Below, in pieces: positions 26,214-32,000 of a stretch of DNA of 32,000 nt (positions are counted from its first letter, which is position 1; each line of letters starts with the position of its first letter). The translations under genes and the position numbers were made by a program. The notes beneath the pieces were generated by a model. It searched no databases. It was given only the letters and a program-made list of their open reading frames with translations, and was not told the DNA's origin. This DNA comes from Microcystis aeruginosa NIES-2549 (GTDB taxonomy: Bacteria; Cyanobacteriota; Cyanobacteriia; Cyanobacteriales; Microcystaceae): positions 2,280,001 through 2,312,000 of the forward strand of contig NZ_CP011304.1 in the NCBI RefSeq assembly GCF_000981785.2, in the 5' to 3' direction.

Positions 26214-27170
26214 TTAATATCTGACTCGCGGATCGAGCCAACTATAGGTTAAATCGGCAATTAAGTTAAAGATAACAATTAAAATCCCATAGATAAAGGT
26301 AATCGCCATCACTACGGGGGTATCACTGCGGGAAATAGAATCAATTAATAAAGCACCGATACCCGGCACACGAAACACTTGTTCTGTAACTAAGGCCCCA
26401 GTAAAAATTGAGGGAATATCGAGAGCAATCAGGGTGACAACGGGGATTAAAGCATTGCGAACTATGTGCTTAGTTAGGACAGAAAAATTAGTTAATCCCT
26501 TGGCTAAGGCAGTTTTAACGTACTCTTGGTGAATTTCTTCAGTTACGGAAGAACGCACAAAACGCATCAACATCGCCCCTTGATATAAGCTTAATACAGT
26601 TATGGGCATAATTGACTGTTTAACCTGCTCGATCAAACTATTAAAATCACTGATTTTTAGGGTACTGTTATAAAAAGATGGTAGCCAGTTTAACTGCACA
26701 CTAAAGATAATTATTAATAATAATCCCGTCACAAAGGTGGGTAAAGAAAAGCCAAGCAGGGAAAAAGTAGAGATGATTTTGTCTAACCAAGAATAGCGCT
26801 TGACTGCTGAAATTACGCCCAAAGGAAAAGCAATTAAAACCCCAAAAATATAGGCAATACCGACAATCCAGAGGGTTGTGGGTAAACGCTGCCAAATGAG
26901 GGTAAAAACCGGGCTGCGACTGGTGAAAGAATAGCCCATATCTCCTTGAAGAAATGCTAACAACCACTTGACATAACGCACGGGAAGGGGTTGATCTAAT
27001 CCGAGACTTTTGCGAATATTTTCTCGCACCGCTTCGGTGATAGCGGGATTAGCGGCAAATTCTCCCATCGGATCCCCCGGCGCTAGGGCCAAAATGCCAA
27101 AAACCACCATACTAATAGCTAAAAGAGTGGGAATCGAAAATAATAATCTTCTCAGAAAATATTTGAGCAT
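26214..27170 (-). CDS. Peptide/nickel ABC transporter permease (DppB/OppB-like)
   Basis: The N-terminus is MLKYFLRRLLFSIPTLLAISMVVF. The EAA-type loop is YVKTALAKGLTNFSVLTKHIVRNALIP. Confidence 0.9.
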   Translation of the reverse strand: MLKYFLRRLLFSIPTLLAISMVVFGILALAPGDPMGEFAANPAITEAVRENIRKSLGLDQPLPVRYVKWLLAFLQGDMGYSFTSRSPVFTLIWQRLPTTLWIVGIAYIFGVLIAFPLGVISAVKRYSWLDKIISTFSLLGFSLPTFVTGLLLIIIFSVQLNWLPSFYNSTLKISDFNSLIEQVKQSIMPITVLSLYQGAMLMRFVRSSVTEEIHQEYVKTALAKGLTNFSVLTKHIVRNALIPVVTLIALDIPSIFTGALVTEQVFRVPGIGALLIDSISRSDTPVVMAITFIYGILIVIFNLIADLTYSWLDPRVRY

Positions 27171-28916
27171 TTATTTACTACGCTTCCAGTCCTTGATGTT
27201 CCAAGTATTTCTATCCCAGGGAGTTAATTTAAACCCCGACAAACTATTGCTAATTGCCACCACATCGGCACGATGAACTAGGGGAATAATCACAAAATTA
27301 TTGATTAACAGATCATTCATTTTAATTGCTATTTCTCTCCGTTTTTCTGGGTTTAATTCTTGACTAAAAGCTTGCCATAATTTATCGTATTCAGGATTAC
27401 AATAACGAGCATAATTATCCCCGGCCCAACCATCAGCTTTTTGGGGAATTTCGCTACAGGTAAAGGTTTTAAAATAGGCTTTTGGATCGGGACTATTATT
27501 ACCTGTAGTGTACATTTGTAGGTCAGCATAAAACTTTTCTACCGTGTCATCGTTAGCAGGATCGCTAGAAAAGAAAATACTGGCATCAACAGTTTTTAAT
27601 TCTACTCCTACCCCGATCGCTTGTAAACTTTGTTTGATAATTTCTTGGGTTTTCTGACGCAGAGGATTGACAGTGGTTTGAAAAACTAATTTCATTTCTA
27701 CCCCATTTTTATCCCTAGTACCATCACCATTACTATCTTTCCATCCCGCATCATCTAGTAATTTATTAGCCTTTTCTAGATTAAATTCATAGCTAGTATT
27801 GGGAGAATTATATTCTGATGGCATTACAATAAAATTAGGAGTTGTTTTCCCAGTAATACCATAAAGCTGCGTGGCAATAGTATCTCTATCAACGGCTAAC
27901 GACAAAGCTTCTCTTACTTTTACATCACTCAAAAAAGGATGGGGAAACTTAATACTAGACCTCTCACCTTCGGGAGTAACTTGATTAGGATCGCTCAGAT
28001 TAAATAAAACTCGTTCAATCAAAGAACCGAAACTAGATATTAACTGACCCCGACCCGCTTTTTCTAAATCACTTAAAACCTTAGCCTCCACTTGCAAATT
28101 ATAGGCATAATCCGCCTCCTGTGTCTGTAAAACCGCTCGTGCCGCCGAAGTTGCATCACCTCCTCCTTTTAATTCTATTCTTTGAAAACCCAATTTATCC
28201 GCTTCTCGAAAGAAAGAATTTGGTTCATAAACCGCCGTATCTCCCGGTTTAAATTCTACCACTTTATAGGGACCAGTTCCCACCGGTAATAAATTAGCAG
28301 GGGCTTGACGTGCTGTTTCATCGCTATATTTTTCATAGAGATGAGCGGGTAAAATCATCCCTTCTGTTCCCACAAAAACTAATGACCAAGCGGGATTAAC
28401 TTGCTTAAAAGTTATTTTAACTGTATGGGGATCGATCGCTTCCACAGTTTTAACTATTTCATAATTGCCAGCGCTAGTAGAACCAGTTTTCGGATTGGTA
28501 ATAAAATTATAGGTAGCGATGACATCTTTGGCAGTAAAAGGAGTACCATCTGACCATTTAATATCTTTTTTTAGCTTCCATGTCACCGATTTGCCATCCT
28601 GGGCAACTCCCCCATTTTCAATAGTAGGAATTTCCGCCGCTAAAAAAGGAACTAATTCCCCTTTTTCATCGAAACTAGCCAAAGGTTCTAAGGTAATGCG
28701 ACTCGCTTCTGAGTCTTTAAATCCCGTGGAGAGATGGGGATTTAAAATCGTCGGCGCTTGCCAATATAAAAGTTTTAAAGTTTCTGGATTATTATTGGTC
28801 GTTGCTGGGGGATTATTAGCTGTTTGTTGACGACAAGCACTAAAAACCAGCGTACAACTAAGGGATAAAATTAACAGGGGCAAGAAAAGCGATCGCTTAA
28901 ACATTTTTAATGACAA
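27171..28916 (-). CDS. ABC transporter substrate-binding protein, family 5 (peptide), probable lipoprotein
   Basis: It has a lipobox-like LVFSAC and SBP_bac_5 features (WSDGTPFTAKDV, GTGPYK). It directly abuts the permease gene. No second permease or ATPase gene follows. Confidence 0.9.
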   Translation of the reverse strand: MSLKMFKRSLFLPLLILSLSCTLVFSACRQQTANNPPATTNNNPETLKLLYWQAPTILNPHLSTGFKDSEASRITLEPLASFDEKGELVPFLAAEIPTIENGGVAQDGKSVTWKLKKDIKWSDGTPFTAKDVIATYNFITNPKTGSTSAGNYEIVKTVEAIDPHTVKITFKQVNPAWSLVFVGTEGMILPAHLYEKYSDETARQAPANLLPVGTGPYKVVEFKPGDTAVYEPNSFFREADKLGFQRIELKGGGDATSAARAVLQTQEADYAYNLQVEAKVLSDLEKAGRGQLISSFGSLIERVLFNLSDPNQVTPEGERSSIKFPHPFLSDVKVREALSLAVDRDTIATQLYGITGKTTPNFIVMPSEYNSPNTSYEFNLEKANKLLDDAGWKDSNGDGTRDKNGVEMKLVFQTTVNPLRQKTQEIIKQSLQAIGVGVELKTVDASIFFSSDPANDDTVEKFYADLQMYTTGNNSPDPKAYFKTFTCSEIPQKADGWAGDNYARYCNPEYDKLWQAFSQELNPEKRREIAIKMNDLLINNFVIIPLVHRADVVAISNSLSGFKLTPWDRNTWNIKDWKRSK

Positions 28917-29363
28917 TCAATAATTCAACAGGGTGACTTAGGTGATTCCCTACCCCACCAATAACAAGTTATCAGACATTGAGTCTTGATCTCGATCGAT
29001 TAATTGATTATTTGCCTTTATCCATTCCTAGTCAAGTTAAATCGATCGTGCCATAATAGCGGGCCTGTACTAGACAATAAAATCTTAGCCACGGCGACGA
29101 AATGGGTTCTTCGGTTTGTGTTATGCAATGTACGGGGGGTATAAGGGATGGAACCCTTATAGAGAAAGACGTTTGGCGATTTTTGTCAATTGTTTTTGAT
29201 CTAGAGCGAACTAATCAATTAAATCTCTTGCCAGATAAGGATTTAGTTTATTTATGCCACCCTATCGAACCATAAAAAGTAACGAAGAGCCAGAAAATCC
29301 GTATTTGGGGTGTTGTATGGAAAAAATCCGTCTAGTATATAATTAGTGTGATAGCCATCGCCG

Positions 29364-29400
29364 TGGGGTGCGTTCCCTAATGTGGCTCCTACTGCTCCAC
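29364..29400 (-). repeat. Structured repeat family, half copy in reverse orientation
   Basis: The reverse complement GTGGAGCAGTAGGAGCCACATTAGGGAACGCACCCCAC matches the 3' half of copy B. Confidence 0.75.
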
Positions 29401-29521
29401 TAGCAGTAGGCTAATCTGGCTAACACGCTTTTGGGCGTGATATAGGGAAAAGTTATGGCGATCGCGCCTAAATGGGGTGAGATGCCGAAAGTTGACCCAT
29501 ATCATTACTTTTAGGAGTGTT

Positions 29522-29540
29522 ATACAGAAAATTTCCGTAT
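29522..29540. promoter_or_regulatory. Copy of the palindrome (ATACAGAAAATTTCCGTAT), 47 nt upstream of the methyltransferase start
   Basis: Its right flank AATTAATAGTTAG (29541-29553) is the inverse of the left flank CTAACTATGAATT at 17695-17707. Confidence 0.3.
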
Positions 29541-29586
29541 AATTAATAGTTAGCTGCATGAAACCAAAACCTTACGGAGTCAAAGT

Positions 29587-30708
29587 TTGAAGAATCAAAA
29601 GCGACAAGCCATCAGCCTTTTTTCAGGGGCAGGCGGCATGGACGTAGGTGTACGGGATGCTGGCTTCAATATTCTTGCAGAGATTGAATTCGATCAACAC
29701 TGCTGTGCAACTTTAGTGGCTAATGCAGAAACTCATGGATACAACACAAAAGTCATTCATGCGGACATACGAACGATTGCTCCAAAGCAATTGTTGAACG
29801 ATTTATTTTTAAAGAAGGGTGAGCTAGATTTGCTTTTCGGTGGTCCGCCTTGTCAATCCTTCTCTTTAGCAGGTAAACAGCGTGGTTTGGAAGATGAACG
29901 AGGACTGCTCCTTTTTGAAATAATTAGATTTGCGAAAGAGTTACAGCCCAAAGTAATTTTTCTTGAGCAAGTCAAAGGGTTGCTTTCCTCAAAGGGCGAA
30001 AACAATAGGCGCGGCGAAGTATTTGAAAAATTCTTGGAAGAACTGGAGGCTATAGACTACACACCGAAATGGCGCGTAATTATGGCAGCCGATTATGGTG
30101 TTCCTCAATTAAGGGAACGGCTTTTTGTTATAGCCACCAGAGGGCGTAACGGATTTTATTTTCCAGAGAGAACACATGCGCCTATAGAGGAATGCAATGG
30201 GTTATTTTCGTACAAGCCATATATCGGAATAGGTGAAGTCCTAAATGGATTGTCAGAGCCAGATCAAAAAATTAAAGGCAAGACTGTTTACGATAGAGCG
30301 GATAGCCATGTTGATGTAACTCCACCACGAGATCGTGAGAGAATTGCTCAAGTCACTGAAGGCTCTTATCTGGCAGCCCAAACCCACCTTGGGGAAGAAC
30401 TCCGCTGCGGATTATCACCAAAAGATACAACCAAATATTTGCGTCTTCATCGAAAACGCCCATCAAACACATTGCGGTGCGGGGAAATATTTTATCATCC
30501 TACTGAAAGTCGATACTTGACTCCTAGAGAATATATGAGGATACATGGTTATCCTGACAGCTACATATTGAAGGGGCCAATTCGATCAAGAACAGGATCG
30601 GTTCCAAACTTGGATCAGCACAGGCAAATTGCTAATTCTGTTCCCCCTCCCTTAGCTAAGGCAATGGCACTCCAAATCAAAGGATTTTTAGATGAGCAAA
30701 ATATTTGA
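29587..30708 (+). CDS. DNA (cytosine-5)-methyltransferase
   Basis: The motifs are I FSGAGGMDVG, IV GGPPCQSFS, VI LEQVKGL, VIII QLRERLF and X ANSVPPPLA. The start is TTG. Confidence 0.95.
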   Translation: MKNQKRQAISLFSGAGGMDVGVRDAGFNILAEIEFDQHCCATLVANAETHGYNTKVIHADIRTIAPKQLLNDLFLKKGELDLLFGGPPCQSFSLAGKQRGLEDERGLLLFEIIRFAKELQPKVIFLEQVKGLLSSKGENNRRGEVFEKFLEELEAIDYTPKWRVIMAADYGVPQLRERLFVIATRGRNGFYFPERTHAPIEECNGLFSYKPYIGIGEVLNGLSEPDQKIKGKTVYDRADSHVDVTPPRDRERIAQVTEGSYLAAQTHLGEELRCGLSPKDTTKYLRLHRKRPSNTLRCGEIFYHPTESRYLTPREYMRIHGYPDSYILKGPIRSRTGSVPNLDQHRQIANSVPPPLAKAMALQIKGFLDEQNI

Positions 30709-31801
30709 ACTGTATGGATATCGTCTTGACTGCTGGAATGCAGAAGCCTCTGCCAATAGAGAAAAAGCATGGTGTCCTTTTATGGATGCCGAGTGTGACG
30801 GTGGCGGAAACCGTTACCTTTCGGCATTAGACATCAACAAGAATCCAACACTAGAAAAGTTTTTTCCAGGAAAGAAAATAGTCCAATCAGGTGTTTGCTC
30901 GTTACGTTTGCGAGATTCTGAGCAGCCATGGATTGTTTGTCCACGCCGTCTATTGTCCTTGAAAGGACAACAAGAAAACTATCAAGCCCATGTTCGGGAG
31001 CAATTGGTCAAATATTCAAATCTTGAACAAGGAAAGCTCTACCGGGCATGGTCTGAAGTTAAAATGAAAGTAAATACCACGAATGATGATGATGAGGCAA
31101 AATCCTTCGACTATACGTTTGATTATGTCATAGCAGGTGCGAGCCGAAAAAAACTATCTGAAGTAGCCGTACTGGTTGGGAAAGGAGTTCGCGCAACTCA
31201 AAAAATTGCTGAAGAAAATCAATATACTTTAGCATCCCGAAACGGAGAGCTTTGGATTGACGATTTTCCCTCTGATCCAATTGTCATTGTTGAAATCATG
31301 ACATCAAGCACGTCAGGGGGCGACAAAAATAAACGAACCCAGATTGCTATGGCTTGTGAGGATGCTATCGTTTCTCCAGAAACTCATAACGGACCAGGAA
31401 TTAACTATCGCCAAGTATGGGCGCGAATGGTTAGCCAATTGATTGTAAAATCCCAAGTTGGTCTTGCTTGGAATGGCAAAACCTTCTGGCTTCTTCAGGA
31501 TCTTCTTGCTCAATACATCTCCTCTACCACAGCATTGGACTTGTCAAAATACATTGCTCAACATCCTGATGAGGTGAATATTCTTGCATTCGGATACGGC
31601 GAAATTGATGCAGAACCTACTTCACCGATCATAGAACTCAGTGACTCTACTTTTTATGCTGGGCCTATAACCGAGAATGCCGACAATTCAGTTTCTAAGG
31701 GCTTCGTCGAGATTGTAAAAATTGGTGCTCCGCCGGATAAAGAGCATCTATGGCGTTCTTTGTTCAAGAAGGCACCATGTGGAAACATCACATGGAAATG
31801 A
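30692..31801 (+). CDS. NotI-family type II restriction endonuclease
   Basis: A four-Cys N-terminal pattern (WCPF, AECDG, GVCSL, WIVCPRRLL) parallels NotI (TCPF, SCVK, GVCVV, WLVCPNRAL) as I recall it. FDYTFDYVI / VIVEIMTSS parallel FSFDWTL / VLEIQTMD. The ORF overlaps the methyltransferase gene by 17 nt. Confidence 0.75.
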   Translation: MSKIFELYGYRLDCWNAEASANREKAWCPFMDAECDGGGNRYLSALDINKNPTLEKFFPGKKIVQSGVCSLRLRDSEQPWIVCPRRLLSLKGQQENYQAHVREQLVKYSNLEQGKLYRAWSEVKMKVNTTNDDDEAKSFDYTFDYVIAGASRKKLSEVAVLVGKGVRATQKIAEENQYTLASRNGELWIDDFPSDPIVIVEIMTSSTSGGDKNKRTQIAMACEDAIVSPETHNGPGINYRQVWARMVSQLIVKSQVGLAWNGKTFWLLQDLLAQYISSTTALDLSKYIAQHPDEVNILAFGYGEIDAEPTSPIIELSDSTFYAGPITENADNSVSKGFVEIVKIGAPPDKEHLWRSLFKKAPCGNITWK

Positions 31802-31853
31802 AGAAAAAGCAGCTAGGGTTGTAACCAGTAACGTTATGGGTTACACTTAATGG

Positions 31854-32000
31854 ATGATAGTCAGTTTCAAGCATCGAGGACTAGAGCAGTTCTTTGAGTC
31901 GGGAACCACCCGAGGCATTCAGGCAAATCATGCCCAACGAATTCGGCTGATTCTGGCTCGTCTCAGTGCTGCAACTTCACCGCAAGACATGAACTTACCC
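31854..32000 (+). CDS. higB: HigB-like (RelE/ParE superfamily) toxin, N-terminal 49 codons (runs off the window)
   Basis: Hand translation from ATG 31854 gives MIVSFKHRGLEQFFESGTTRGIQANHAQRIRLILARLSAATSPQDMNLP. This is the typical plasmid-maintenance killer/HigB N-terminus. Confidence 0.7.
   Translation, partial: MIVSFKHRGLEQFFESGTTRGIQANHAQRIRLILARLSAATSPQDMNLP

Noticed and set aside
29102-29275. Unlisted 57-aa plus-strand ORF (MGSSVCVMQCTGG..) in the spacer upstream of the restriction-modification genes
   Set aside because: It has no ribosome-binding context or recognisable motif, and it crosses repeat-like debris (CTTGCCAGATAAGGATTTAG-type sequence). It is probably non-coding.
29465-29476. 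Solo IS630 terminal repeat (GCGCCTAAATG, matching 6690-6700)
   Set aside because: Only 11 nt match and the sequence overlaps a HIP1 site. That is too short to distinguish from chance without a genome-wide comparison.
17695-29553. Composite transposon of about 11.9 kb, bounded by inverted copies of the extended palindrome (CTAACTATGAATTATACGGAAA.. and its inverse)
   Set aside because: The interior is ordinary housekeeping DNA (cobS, mutM, ccs1, ccdA, ABC transporter) with host-like composition. The match is only about 30 nt and is partly explained by the motif being palindromic.

Overview
The window looks like cyanobacterial chromosome. HIP1 octamers (GCGATCGC) are scattered throughout, the background is AT-rich (about 35-42% GC in hand-counted lines), and the gene content resembles Microcystis-type genomes; the genus is a guess from memory. 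The housekeeping backbone is mostly on the minus strand: a sucC-like gene, gmd-fcl (GDP-fucose), a metallophosphoesterase/ParA-like/TIGR03792-like operon, a DUF305 gene, cobS, a PPC-domain protein, a DUF4278 gene, an RCK potassium channel, mutM, ccs1-ccdA, a VOC protein and part of a peptide ABC transporter. Several accessory segments interrupt this backbone. (1) At 183-3800 a decayed IsrB-like (HNH-less IscB-type) OMEGA nuclease gene, split by a MITE, lies directly downstream of an apparently intact IS607 element (serine-recombinase tnpA plus tnpB). A structured 294-nt gap between the two nuclease genes is where either omega RNA should lie. (2) At 3814-6484 a visibly GC-richer four-gene operon encodes a small membrane protein, a CrtQ-like GT2, a CrtO-like acyltransferase and a transglutaminase-like protein. 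IS607 flanks it on one side and a dead IS630 copy on the other. (3) At 15.7-19.6 kb toxin-antitoxin-like two-gene modules (a small protein with a retropepsin-like aspartic protease, and a PIN protein with a small partner) are each preceded by copies of a roughly 153-bp structured repeat that can form tandem arrays. A 285-bp and a 300-bp segmental duplication accompany them, the second copying the 5' end of cobS. (4) At 29.6-32.0 kb there is a C5-cytosine methyltransferase, a NotI-family restriction endonuclease and the start of a higB-like toxin gene. I saw no CRISPR array, rRNA or tRNA. All family assignments rest on motif recognition by eye, not on searches.
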